Below, one piece after another: positions 44,808 to 56,036 of a stretch of DNA of 64,000 nucleotides; the stretch's first letter is position 1; each line of letters begins with the position of its first letter. The position numbers were made by a program, and so were the translations under genes. Source of the stretch: Thermoflexales bacterium (lineage in GTDB: Bacteria > Chloroflexota > Anaerolineae > Fen-1058); NCBI GenBank assembly GCA_034434835.1, contig DAOTXX010000064.1, positions 3,402 to 67,401 of the forward strand, written 5' to 3'. A model generated the notes under the pieces. That model was not told where the DNA came from, ran no database searches, and saw nothing but the letters and a program-made list of their open reading frames with translations.

Positions 44808-46190
44808 ATGGCTAAATCCAAAACGCGAACGCAGTTTGTCTGCCAGCAGTGCGGCAGCTCTCAGCCCAAGTGGATGGGACGCTGCCCCGACTGCGGCGAG
44901 TGGAACAGCTTTGTCGAAGTCGTTGCGCAAAAGCCGCGCCCCTCTGAGCGCACCCTGACCGGTGGGCCACGCATCAGGCCGCAGCGACTCACCGAAATCG
45001 CTCCCGGCGACCTGGCACGCCTGACGGTCGAGATGGCCGAGTTTTCCCGCGTGATGGGCGGCGGCATCGTCCCAGGCAGCCTGACGCTCGTCGGCGGCGA
45101 CCCGGGCATTGGCAAGTCCACCTTGCTGATGCAGATCGCCGCGAGCATGGCGACTGCACAGTGTCCTGTGCTGTACGTCTCCGGTGAAGAGTCCGTCCAA
45201 CAGCTCAAGATGCGCGCCGACCGGCTGGGCATGTTCACCGAGCATCTCTTTCTCGCCACCGAAACCGACCTCGACGTGATCCTCGGTCACATCACCGAGA
45301 TCGCTCCCAAGCTGGTCGTCGTGGATTCGATCCAGACGATGTATCTGGATGAGCTCACGTCGGCGGCGGGGAGCATCAGCCAGGTGCGCGAGTGCGCCGC
45401 GCGGCTGCAAACGCTCTGCAAGTCGTCCGGCGTCGCCGCGATGCTCGTCGGCCATGTGACCAAATCGGGCGCGCTGGCCGGCCCGAAAGTGCTCGAGCAC
45501 ATTGTGGACACCGTGCTGTACCTCGAAGGCGACCGCTTTCACACGTATCGTTTGCTGCGCAGCGTCAAGAATCGCTTTGGCGCGACGAGCGAGGTCGGCG
45601 TGTTCGAGATGCGCGGCGACGGCATGGTCGAGGTTGCCAATCCGTCCGAAGCGTTCCTGGCCGAGCGGTTGGTCTCCGCGCCCGGCAGCGCGATCGCCGT
45701 GACGATGGAAGGCACACGGCCCTTGCTGGTCGAAGTGCAGGCGCTGGCTTCGACCACGTCGTTCGGCCTGCCGCGCCGCACGCCGAATGGTGTGGATATG
45801 AACCGACTGCTACTGCTTGTCGCGGTGCTGCAAAAGCGCATCGGGCTGAGGCTGGGCGATCAGGACGTGTTCGTCAACGTCATCGGGGGACTCCGCATCG
45901 GCGAGCCGGCCGCGGATCTGGCGATCTCGGTGGCGATTGCGTCTTCGGTGCGTGATGTGCCCGTCGCGCCTGACCTGGCGATCATCGGCGAGGTCGGCCT
46001 TTCGGGCGAGCTGCGCGCGGTGGGTCAACTGGCCGCGCGGCTCAACGAGGCGAGCAAGCTTGGCTTCCGGCGCTGTCTCGTCCCCAAGAGCATCCGCCGA
46101 CCTCGGGTCGAAAGCGCGCCGTCGGGCCTGGAGGTCATCGGCGCGCGGAGTTTGGGTGAGGCAATTGAGGCGGCGTTGGCGCCGAGGTAG
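44808..46190 (+). CDS. radA: DNA repair protein RadA/Sms
   Basis: N-terminal C4 zinc finger CQQCGSSQPKWMGRCPDCGEWNSF, Walker A GDPGIGKSTLLMQ, KNRFG motif, Lon-like C-terminus. Confidence 0.9.
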   Translation: MAKSKTRTQFVCQQCGSSQPKWMGRCPDCGEWNSFVEVVAQKPRPSERTLTGGPRIRPQRLTEIAPGDLARLTVEMAEFSRVMGGGIVPGSLTLVGGDPGIGKSTLLMQIAASMATAQCPVLYVSGEESVQQLKMRADRLGMFTEHLFLATETDLDVILGHITEIAPKLVVVDSIQTMYLDELTSAAGSISQVRECAARLQTLCKSSGVAAMLVGHVTKSGALAGPKVLEHIVDTVLYLEGDRFHTYRLLRSVKNRFGATSEVGVFEMRGDGMVEVANPSEAFLAERLVSAPGSAIAVTMEGTRPLLVEVQALASTTSFGLPRRTPNGVDMNRLLLLVAVLQKRIGLRLGDQDVFVNVIGGLRIGEPAADLAISVAIASSVRDVPVAPDLAIIGEVGLSGELRAVGQLAARLNEASKLGFRRCLVPKSIRRPRVESAPSGLEVIGARSLGEAIEAALAPR

Positions 46191-46199
46191 AGTCAGAGG

Positions 46200-46931
46200 A
46201 TGACCATGCCAGACACTTTTAGCATTCTCATTCTCATCGGTCGCCCCGCGTCCGGCAAAAGCGAGATCATTGACTTTTTGAAGCACGTGCCGTCGGATGC
46301 CCGGCGGAGCAAGTTTCACATCGCCGATCTGGATACCCTCGACGACTTTCCGATGCTGTGGACATGGTTCGAGGAAGACTATTTGCTTGCAGAAAAGCTG
46401 GGCCAGCCGCGCCTGCACACCGATGATCAGGGGTATTTCAAGTATCGCCATCTCTGGCACCTCTTGATCGAGCGATTCAATCTAGAGTATGCCAAGCGAC
46501 TGCGTGATGACCTGGCGTACCACGCTCACACCACGCTCATCATCGAGTTCTCGCGCGGCAGCGAGCACGGCGGATATACCGAAGCATTCCAACATCTTTC
46601 GGACGAGATTCTGCGTCAGGCTGCCGTCGTGTACGTGAACGTGCCCTTTGAAGAATCTCTGCGCAAAAATCGCCGCCGGTACAACCCGGACAAGCCCGAA
46701 AGCCTCCTCGAGCACGCGCTGCCCGACGAAAGGCTCGCGCGGCTTTACCGTGACGATGACTGGGCCGCGCTCACTTCGAGTCACTCCGAATTTCTCGCTG
46801 TGCGCTCCGTTCGTGTGCCGTATGTCGTCTTTGAAAACGCCGACGATGTGACAACCGGTAAGCCAGATCTGCTGACACCCCGGCTCGAGGCTGTCTTGAG
46901 CCGGTTATGGGCGCTGCGGCGCGAGCAGTAA
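46200..46931 (+). CDS. P-loop kinase-like hypothetical protein
   Basis: LILIGRPASGKSE Walker A; no further assignment. Confidence 0.45.
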   Translation: MTMPDTFSILILIGRPASGKSEIIDFLKHVPSDARRSKFHIADLDTLDDFPMLWTWFEEDYLLAEKLGQPRLHTDDQGYFKYRHLWHLLIERFNLEYAKRLRDDLAYHAHTTLIIEFSRGSEHGGYTEAFQHLSDEILRQAAVVYVNVPFEESLRKNRRRYNPDKPESLLEHALPDERLARLYRDDDWAALTSSHSEFLAVRSVRVPYVVFENADDVTTGKPDLLTPRLEAVLSRLWALRREQ

Positions 46932-46947
46932 AAAAACCCCGGCCAAC

Positions 46948-47556
46948 TCAGGCCAGCACAAAGATCGCCGTCGTCGCGCGCAGGTTGTGATTGCCGCGCG
47001 TCGCATTCAACTTGCGTTGGCCGGCCAGATAGATTTCATTCGTGATCCGGATGTGTTGTTCCCGGCAAAAGTCTTTGAAATCGTGCACGGTCAGCGGTCT
47101 GGCGCGTGGCGCAGCATGCCAGGGCTGGGGCAAATCGGCGGCCAGCGGCATGCGTCCATGAAAAAGCAAGCTCAGCCGGCAGCGCCAGTGTCCCCAGTTG
47201 GGAAAGCTCACGATCGCCCGGCGGCCCACGCGCAGCATCTCGCAGATGATAAAGTTGGGATGGCTCAGGTAAGGCAAGGTCTGGCTGAGGATGACGGTAT
47301 CGAACGAGCCATCCGGGTAATCGTTCAAGCCTTCTTCCAGGTTACCCTGGCGCACGCTCAGCCCTTTGCGCACGCAAGCCAACACGCCTTCCTCCGAAAG
47401 CTCAATCCCCCGGCCCGTGATCTGGCGCACATTGATCAGATAACGCAGCAGCGTGCCATCTCCGCAGCCCAGGTCAAGCACCTTTTCGCCGGGCTGCACC
47501 AGCTCCGCGATAGCCAGCAAGTCAGTCCGCAACGTAGAATTATCTGTGTCGTTCAT
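46948..47556 (-). CDS. metW: Methionine biosynthesis protein MetW
   Basis: KVLDLGCGDGTLL methyltransferase-fold motif and position after metX. Confidence 0.8.
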   Translation of the reverse strand: MNDTDNSTLRTDLLAIAELVQPGEKVLDLGCGDGTLLRYLINVRQITGRGIELSEEGVLACVRKGLSVRQGNLEEGLNDYPDGSFDTVILSQTLPYLSHPNFIICEMLRVGRRAIVSFPNWGHWRCRLSLLFHGRMPLAADLPQPWHAAPRARPLTVHDFKDFCREQHIRITNEIYLAGQRKLNATRGNHNLRATTAIFVLA

Positions 47557-47628
47557 GGATGTTTTTTCTACGAAGGACACGAAGGGACACGAGAATCTCG
47601 GTGAACCTTCGTGTCCTTTGTGGATCAA

Positions 47629-48777
47629 CTAGGGCACAGCAATGCCGTGATGCGCCACGACCCGATCGAGAAAGTCAGAGATGAGACGGGTCATCGTGTC
47701 CACCTCAAGCAGGAAAGCATCGTGTCCCCACGTGGACTGCAGATTGCAGTACGTCACGTCCGCGCCCGCGGCGGTCAGCGCCGCGACCATCTCTTTGGAA
47801 TGGTACGTCGGGTAGAGCCAGTCCGAGGTGAATGAGACGACCAGATACATGATATGCGCGCAGTGGGCAAACGCTGCCATCAAGCTGCCGTGACCGTTGC
47901 ACAGGTCAAAATAGTCCATCGCTTTAGTGATGTACAGGTAACTGTTGGCGTCAAACCGCTCGGTGAATCGGCTGCCTCTGTAGCGCAGATAGCTTTCGAC
48001 CTCAAAGTCGGTCTCAAAGTCGTAACCGAAACATTCGCGGTTTGCCAGTTTGCGCCCGAACTTGGCATGCATGGATTCTTCGCTCAGATACGTGATGTGA
48101 CCGATCATCCGCGCCAGCGCCAGCCCCGTGTTGGGACGCGGGCCGTCGTAATAATCGCCGTGGTTCCAGTTCGGGTCGGCATAGATTGCCTGACGCCCGA
48201 CTTCACTAAAAGCGATCAGCATCGGCGAGTGGCGCGCTGTCGTCGCCAGCGGCAGCGCGGCGCGGACCCGCTCCGGGTAGCTCACGGTCCACTGCAAGAC
48301 CTGCATGCCGCCCATGCTCCCCCCGACCACCGCCATCAGTTTTTCGATGCCCAGATGATCGATCAGGCGGCACTGAGCGCGCACCATGTCGCCGATCGTG
48401 ATGATGGGGAACTGCAATCCATAAGGCTTGCCCGTCTTGGGATTGATCGAGCTGGGGCCGGTCGAGCCTTGACACCCACCAATGATGTTTGAACAGATCA
48501 CACAGTACTTGGTCGTGTCAAAGGCTTTGCCGGGTCCGATGCAATCGTCCCACCAGCCGATTTTGCCAGCAGCGTCAGTGCCCGCGGCATGCGCGTCACC
48601 CGAAAGCGCGTGGACGATCAAGATCGCATTGCTGCGATCTGCATTGAACTGGCCATAGGTCTCGTAGGCCAATGTGATCGGGCCAAGCGTCTCGCCGCTA
48701 TCGAGCGGCATCGGCTCATCTTCAGCGAAGGTATAGTATTGCCGTTCGATTGGCCCAATAGAACAAGTCTTGTCCAT
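47629..48777 (-). CDS. metX: Homoserine O-acetyltransferase
   Basis: alpha/beta hydrolase GGSMGGMQ nucleophile elbow, [12 protein letters not shown]. Confidence 0.85.
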   Translation of the reverse strand: MDKTCSIGPIERQYYTFAEDEPMPLDSGETLGPITLAYETYGQFNADRSNAILIVHALSGDAHAAGTDAAGKIGWWDDCIGPGKAFDTTKYCVICSNIIGGCQGSTGPSSINPKTGKPYGLQFPIITIGDMVRAQCRLIDHLGIEKLMAVVGGSMGGMQVLQWTVSYPERVRAALPLATTARHSPMLIAFSEVGRQAIYADPNWNHGDYYDGPRPNTGLALARMIGHITYLSEESMHAKFGRKLANRECFGYDFETDFEVESYLRYRGSRFTERFDANSYLYITKAMDYFDLCNGHGSLMAAFAHCAHIMYLVVSFTSDWLYPTYHSKEMVAALTAAGADVTYCNLQSTWGHDAFLLEVDTMTRLISDFLDRVVAHHGIAVP

Positions 48778-48793
48778 AGTGCATACTCCTACA

Positions 48794-50149
<1,356 letters not shown>

Positions 50150-50261
50150 TTAGCAGCAAGACTTGCCGCTAAAGGCTTGCGCATGGCCCATCGTGTCATC
50201 GGCTTGCCCCCTCTTAACGAACTTGCCTCTTCTGGGTAGAAGAGGCAAAAAAGAAAACAGG

Positions 50262-50380
<119 letters not shown>

Positions 50381-50435
50381 CAATGACTATTCAGTTATTA
50401 TTGGGGCGCAAAGATACCACACACACGATGAACTG

Positions 50436-51068
50436 TCAAGGCTTGCGACAGACGATCCATGATTGGTCATGTGCTAGTCCACCATCGTCGCCGGTCTCGA
50501 GGATGTCCCACCCGGCAAAAGCGCGAGCCAGCTCGCCGATCTCAAGCAGGTATTCCGGTGGGAAATCGGCATCCGGGGTCAGCTTGCGAAGGTTGAGGGT
50601 CTGATACAGTAACCACCCACCGCGATGCAAAGCAGCCTGTAACCGGGGCCACAGCCTGCGGTTGAGATAACGAAACCCGATGATCAGATCGTAGGCTTCT
50701 GAGGGAGGTGTCCATTCATCCAGATCGGCCTGGACGAAATTCACCACAACGCCGGCCAGAGCTGCAGCTTGCCGCCCATGATCGAGCGCCACCCGGCTGA
50801 TGTCCACCGCATCTACCGTGAATCCGCACTGCGCCAGCCAGATAGCATTTTGACCCACCCCACATGCCACGTCCAATGCACGTCCACCTTTTAGCCCCTG
50901 CTGTGAGACAAAGCGACCCAGGAGGGGATGTGGCTCCCGTACATGAGCGGTCTTGGGGTCTGCCCACCGCGCATCCCAGCGTTCTTGATCGGAATTCAAA
51001 ATGTGTTTTGCTCCTGGCAAGTAGATGTCAGAAGTCAGTTGTTGGAGTGCCACGATCAATTCTCCCAT
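50436..51068 (-). CDS. Class I SAM-dependent methyltransferase (TehB-like)
   Basis: ALDVACGVGQNAIWLAQCGFTVDAVD motif I. Confidence 0.6.
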   Translation of the reverse strand: MGELIVALQQLTSDIYLPGAKHILNSDQERWDARWADPKTAHVREPHPLLGRFVSQQGLKGGRALDVACGVGQNAIWLAQCGFTVDAVDISRVALDHGRQAAALAGVVVNFVQADLDEWTPPSEAYDLIIGFRYLNRRLWPRLQAALHRGGWLLYQTLNLRKLTPDADFPPEYLLEIGELARAFAGWDILETGDDGGLAHDQSWIVCRKP

Positions 51069-51115
51069 TTCCAACCGCCGACTTCCGCCCTCCAAATCAT
51101 TCGGGCGTGACCAAA

Positions 51116-51730
51116 TCATTCCATCGGCGTCTTGCTAATACGGAAGGTGCAGGTCGGGCCGCCCATCGCGCGACACACCGTCTCGGTGACCTCAAAGGCT
51201 TTGCCGGTCGCCCACTTGAGCGATTCGAGCAGCGCGCCCACGGTGGTAAAGCACACGGGCTTTTCAGACGTGCGCCCTTGACAGGCGCCGCAGGCTTCTT
51301 TGACGTAGATATAATAATCCGCTTGCTCTTCGACGTGAGCCGGTTCGTGCAGGTCTCGAGTCATCCCATTCGCCACGTTGTTCAGCACCGTCTTCATCTG
51401 CATGTTCAACGGCAAGACTTTGAGCGCCAGGCCGGCCAATCCTAACGTCGCCGGGTGTTCCTTCATCGCGTATTGGAACGTCGCCCGGCCCACGCGAATG
51501 AGCGAAGCCTTGGCCGCGCGCTGACCATAAAAGTCTTCGACCGCTTTGACGACGGCGGCATAGTCTTCAAAAGGGATACAGTCCTCCAGGTCGTTGGGAG
51601 GGTAATTCTTGACAAAGCGGCTCAGCCCGGCCGAGTTGAGCACAGCGCTCACGCCGTTCTGGCCCATCACTTCTTCCATTGAAAGAAACAGGACGCGCAA
51701 TGAGGCATTTGGCAACATGGGGTGGCCCAT
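51116..51730 (-). CDS. V4R (4-vinyl reductase-like) domain protein
   Basis: C-terminal ACGACQG...CF...ETVCRAMGGPTCTF Cys pattern characteristic of V4R domains. Confidence 0.5.
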   Translation of the reverse strand: MGHPMLPNASLRVLFLSMEEVMGQNGVSAVLNSAGLSRFVKNYPPNDLEDCIPFEDYAAVVKAVEDFYGQRAAKASLIRVGRATFQYAMKEHPATLGLAGLALKVLPLNMQMKTVLNNVANGMTRDLHEPAHVEEQADYYIYVKEACGACQGRTSEKPVCFTTVGALLESLKWATGKAFEVTETVCRAMGGPTCTFRISKTPME

Positions 51731-51844
51731 AGGTTTTCTCCTCCAGAGAGATGATATGGATACGTCATACGGCGAGATTTATCGCGGGTCGAACCAGCAC
51801 ACACGTACCGCGCAGTTGCTCAGTAAGCGTCGCCCGGTTCAGGG

Positions 51845-53206
51845 TCACAAATCCAGAACAAAATAGATCCCCCTATTCACAAACCCGAGGGACTGGTAAA
51901 ACCGATGAGCCACCTGACGCTGGTGCCCCGACTCGAGCGCAATGCGATGGCACCCGGCCCGGCGTGCTTGCACCATGACCTCGTTCATGATCGCTTGGCC
52001 GACGCCGTAACCGCGCGCCGATTCAGTCACAATGAGATCGGCGATCCACAACTCGCGCGTGGCCCAGTTGAGCCGCGCGCGGAACGTGCCGACGACTGAA
52101 CCCACAACCCGCCCACCCAACTCGGCCACAAGCATCAACTGATCTGGATGGGCAAGATGCTGACGGTAAACGTCGGTCATGCGCGCATCCGTCGGGTCGG
52201 CATGGGGACGGCCCAATTCTTCCAACAACTGCATGACGAGGGGAATGTCGGCATCGGTCGCGGGACGCACGCGCGGGCGCGTCTGCTCGACGACCCAACT
52301 GGCAATACACTCGGCGACGGCCGAGACGATTTCGTCGGGCACCCCCTCGGCCGCCTTGGACTTGAGGCGCAAGTCAATCGGGTCGTTCACGTAATCTACC
52401 GAAAGCAATCGCCCATCCGTCGCCCAGGCGATCTCGGTCGAGAACAACTGCAAGCCACACACGCGCGCAATGATCTGGGCCATCTCGCGTAAGCGGCCCA
52501 GGTTGTAAAGCGTTTCCTCCAATGGCGTGACCGGTGTGTAGATGTGAGTTTGATTGTCCCACCAGCAGGGAAAGATGTCACAGCATGAATAGATCACCCG
52601 GAACCATGCGCGGCGTCCAGCGATCGTGGCCGGTGTGATCCATTCCTGGAGCAGGTACTTGTCGGCGGGGTATTTTTGACGCGCGGCAGTGACCTGCGCC
52701 CAGGCCTGCGCCTCATTCACCACGCCGGCGCCGCCTCCACCGTGCGCTGGCTTGATGGAAAACCGTCCGCCCAGCGGCGTCAGATCAGGTGGGGGCAGGT
52801 GGGGCTGCTCATCATACGGTGGAAGGATGATCGTGTACGGCGTATAGAGCCCGGCAGTGATGAACTCGAGGTGCATCGTCGCCTTGTCCCACGCCCGGCG
52901 CGCGGCAGCGAACGGGTTGACCTGGCAGGGAACGTGCGCCGCAGCCCATTCGACCAGCGGCAGAAACGCCGGGTCGCCATCGGAGGCGCGATCAAAAAAG
53001 GCGCGCAAACTCAACTCGCCCAACACAATCTGTTCTAGCGTCTGGGCGAGCGTCGCGGAGGTGACCTGATACAGCGTCAGCCCGTGGCGCAGACACACGG
53101 CTTCCAGGAGCGCGACAAAGTCAGCATCGTATTCCCAGGTCCAGGCCAGGCCAAGATCGTAGGTCGGCATTTGGGTGTTGGCGTGATTTCGTGTAGAATC
53201 AACCAT
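51845..53206 (-). CDS. Fusion protein: N-terminal ATP-grasp-like domain + C-terminal GNAT acetyltransferase
   Basis: FSIKPAHGGGGAGVV and EWI.. (ATP-grasp-like); C-terminal GNAT motifs VGSVVG, ARGYGVGQAIM, FYQSLGF. Confidence 0.5.
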   Translation of the reverse strand: MVDSTRNHANTQMPTYDLGLAWTWEYDADFVALLEAVCLRHGLTLYQVTSATLAQTLEQIVLGELSLRAFFDRASDGDPAFLPLVEWAAAHVPCQVNPFAAARRAWDKATMHLEFITAGLYTPYTIILPPYDEQPHLPPPDLTPLGGRFSIKPAHGGGGAGVVNEAQAWAQVTAARQKYPADKYLLQEWITPATIAGRRAWFRVIYSCCDIFPCWWDNQTHIYTPVTPLEETLYNLGRLREMAQIIARVCGLQLFSTEIAWATDGRLLSVDYVNDPIDLRLKSKAAEGVPDEIVSAVAECIASWVVEQTRPRVRPATDADIPLVMQLLEELGRPHADPTDARMTDVYRQHLAHPDQLMLVAELGGRVVGSVVGTFRARLNWATRELWIADLIVTESARGYGVGQAIMNEVMVQARRAGCHRIALESGHQRQVAHRFYQSLGFVNRGIYFVLDL

Positions 53207-53272
53207 CTCTATGACGTATCACGTGTTTCGTTAGGTGGCAATACGCGGCACGCAATACACAACACGAGGGAC

Positions 53273-54358
53273 ATGATGAGATCCGTTCATCAACGTTTGC
53301 CTGCCGGCAAGCTGCTTCGCTGGGCGGCGCGCCATCTGCGCGATTTGCCCTGGCGCGTCGAGCCGCGCGATCCGTACCGCGTCTGGATCAGCGAGATCAT
53401 GCTTCAACAGACGCAAGTGGTCACAGTTATACCATACTTTCAGAGATTCATGGAACGCTTTCCCACTGTGCAGGCGCTGGCGGCAGCACCGCTCGACGAT
53501 GTACTCAAATTCTGGGAAGGCCTGGGGTACTATGCTCGCGCGCGCCACCTTCACCGTGCGGCGCGCAAGATCATGACGGAATTCGGCGGTCAACTGCCGG
53601 ATACTATAGAGGAGTTGCGCAAGCTGCCCGGCGTGGGGCGCTATACGGCTGGCGCGATTGCGAGCCTGGCCTTTGGGTGTGATGCGCCGGTCGTGGATGG
53701 CAACGTCAGGCGGGTGCTGTGTCGTCTTTACGCGGTTCGCGGTGATATTCGCCAACCCAGACTGGAGCGGAAGCTGTGGGCATTGGCCGAATGGAATCTG
53801 CCCAAGGGTAAAGCCGGTCGCTGGAATGAAGCGATGATGGAACTGGGCGCGACGGTTTGCGTACCGCGAGCGCCTCGTTGCGGCGAGTGCCCTTTGGCAA
53901 AAGTCTGCCGGGCGCGCGCGTCAGGCATCCAGGGGAAATTGCCCCAACGGGTCACCAGGAGACGACTTCCACACCACGATGTGACCGCGGCGATCATTTG
54001 GAAGCGCGGCCATGTGCTCATCGCTCAAAGACCGCTGGGCGGGATGCTGGGTGGCTTGTGGGAGTTTCCCGGTGGAAAGCGAGAACGCGGCGAGTCGCTG
54101 GAGGCTTGCCTGCAGCGCGAGATCCGAGAAGAGTTGGGAGTCGAGATCGAGGTCGGCCAGCGCGTGACACAGGTCGAGCACACCTACACTCACTTTCGCA
54201 TCACGCTGCACGCTTTCGAGTGTCGCCTGGTGCGAGGCCGTCCGCATGCACTTCAGGTGACCGCCTGGCGCTGGGCGCGTCTGGACGAGCTGGACCATTT
54301 CGCGTTCGCGGTGACCGATCGCAGAATCATCCGGGGATTGAAACAGAAGATGCCGTGA
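53273..54358 (+). CDS. mutY: A/G-specific adenine DNA glycosylase MutY with C-terminal NUDIX-like domain
   Basis: HhH-GPD LPGVGRYTAGAI, 4Fe-4S CxxxxxxCxxCxxxxxC (CVPRAPRCGECPLAKVC), NUDIX-like tail. Confidence 0.85.
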   Translation: MMRSVHQRLPAGKLLRWAARHLRDLPWRVEPRDPYRVWISEIMLQQTQVVTVIPYFQRFMERFPTVQALAAAPLDDVLKFWEGLGYYARARHLHRAARKIMTEFGGQLPDTIEELRKLPGVGRYTAGAIASLAFGCDAPVVDGNVRRVLCRLYAVRGDIRQPRLERKLWALAEWNLPKGKAGRWNEAMMELGATVCVPRAPRCGECPLAKVCRARASGIQGKLPQRVTRRRLPHHDVTAAIIWKRGHVLIAQRPLGGMLGGLWEFPGGKRERGESLEACLQREIREELGVEIEVGQRVTQVEHTYTHFRITLHAFECRLVRGRPHALQVTAWRWARLDELDHFAFAVTDRRIIRGLKQKMP

Positions 54359-55565
54359 CGTCCATTGGCAGCCACATCGCAAACATGCTGCCTCTGCCCG
54401 GCTCGCTGTTGAGCGTGATGCGTCCACCGTGTGCCAGGATGATCTTGGAAGCGATCGTCAGGCCCATCCCCAGCCCGCCGTATCGTCGCTGGTCACTCAT
54501 GTCCGCCTGGGTGAACACCTGAAAGATCGCGTGTTGTTTTTCGCTGGGAATGCCGGGGCCAGAATCTATGACGGCGATCACGGCGAAAGAAGCTGGTATC
54601 GGCTGGGTCCAGGGCGGCGCGGCCGGCCAATGTGCCGCCACGCGGACACGCCCACCCGGCGGCGTGAATTTGATCGCGTTGTCAAGCAGTTGGCCGAGCG
54701 CATGTTGCACGCGGGGCATATCAGCGGTGAGGACCAGGTCTTGTTGGGGCAGCGCAACTTCCAGGCGCAGCCTCTTTTTTTCGATTCGCAACCGCCACAG
54801 CTCGACCGTCGAGTTCACCAGCTCAAGCACGCTACACCTGCCCAATTCCAGCTTGAACTCGTTGCGGTCCAACTGGCTAAAGTCAAACAGATTGTCAATT
54901 TGCCGCCGGAGCCGCTGGCTCTGCGCCATCATATCCGCCAGATAGGCTTTGGCCCCCACAATCGAGCCTTGGTTGAGCTGTTCTTGCAACAAATCAGCCG
55001 TAAAGAACATCTGGGCCAGTGGCGTGCGCAATTCGTGCGAGGTGACCGAGACAAACTCGGCCTTCATCTGGTCCAGGCTCTTGAGCTGCTCGTAAGCCTC
55101 GCGCAGTTGCTCGGTCTGTTGTGCCACGCGCTGAGCCAGGCTGGCGTTGAGCGCGCGCAACTCTTCCATCAGTCGGCGGTTTTCCAGCGTCAGGCGTCGG
55201 TGCGAGAGCGCGTTTTGAACGACGTGATGCAGCTCATCGAGGTTTTCCACTGGTTTGAGCAAATAGTTGTAGGCGCCCTCGCGCAGCGCCCCAATCGCCG
55301 ATTCAACGGTGGGGTGCCCCGTGAGGATGATCACGGGGATGTCGCAATTGCACGCCTTGACTGCTTGCAGAACGCCCAGGCCATCCACATGGGGCATTTG
55401 CAGATCGGTAATGACCAGATCGAACGGCTGGGAATTGATCAACTCGATAGCCTTGCGGCCATCAGGGGCAGTTTGCACACGATAGCTGGCGCTCTTGAGA
55501 TAATCGGCCAGCATAGTGCGGATTTCCGCGCTATCGTCTGAGACGAGTATACTTTCGCCAGGCAT
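54327..55565 (-). CDS. Hybrid response regulator-histidine kinase (N-terminal REC, HisKA, HATPase_c)
   Basis: REC (LVITDLQMPHVDG), H-box VTSHELRTPL, N/G boxes. Confidence 0.8.
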   Translation of the reverse strand: MPGESILVSDDSAEIRTMLADYLKSASYRVQTAPDGRKAIELINSQPFDLVITDLQMPHVDGLGVLQAVKACNCDIPVIILTGHPTVESAIGALREGAYNYLLKPVENLDELHHVVQNALSHRRLTLENRRLMEELRALNASLAQRVAQQTEQLREAYEQLKSLDQMKAEFVSVTSHELRTPLAQMFFTADLLQEQLNQGSIVGAKAYLADMMAQSQRLRRQIDNLFDFSQLDRNEFKLELGRCSVLELVNSTVELWRLRIEKKRLRLEVALPQQDLVLTADMPRVQHALGQLLDNAIKFTPPGGRVRVAAHWPAAPPWTQPIPASFAVIAVIDSGPGIPSEKQHAIFQVFTQADMSDQRRYGGLGMGLTIASKIILAHGGRITLNSEPGRGSMFAMWLPMDVTASSVSIPG

Positions 55566-55657
55566 ATTGATCCTCGGCGGTGCAGCGAGCCTGAATTATA
55601 ACACAATTCAGGATATATCAGCCTGACGATCCCAGACAGTCGAGGGCGATGGCGTTC

Positions 55658-56026
55658 TTACCGCATAGACGAATCCAGTGCATCCTCGCCGATGACAGTG
55701 AATTGGCGAGGAGCCACCGCCGGGGGCATGGGGGCAAAAGACTGACTCGCTTGCGGCGGATTGACCATGGGCGGGGAAACAACAATGACTGGCGGGTACA
55801 TGGACTGCTGCGGCCCATGGCGCAGTGCACTCATCTCTTCCCGCTCGCGGCGGCGCAGGAGCGCCAGCCCAGCCACGAGGACCGCCGGCAACATCGCGCC
55901 GACGCCACACGCCGCACCTGTCAACACCGACATGGCCTCGTTCGACAGACGGGTGCCAATATACACGCCCAAAGTTACCGCAAATGCCGTCACGCCTAGT
56001 CCAATGATCGCAGTTACTCGATTCAT
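55658..56026 (-). CDS. Small membrane protein (2-3 TM) with Pro-rich C-terminal tail
   Basis: Hydropathy; 10 bp after FtsK-like gene, same strand. Confidence 0.4.
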   Translation of the reverse strand: MNRVTAIIGLGVTAFAVTLGVYIGTRLSNEAMSVLTGAACGVGAMLPAVLVAGLALLRRREREEMSALRHGPQQSMYPPVIVVSPPMVNPPQASQSFAPMPPAVAPRQFTVIGEDALDSSMR

Positions 56027-56036
56027 GCGACACCTC

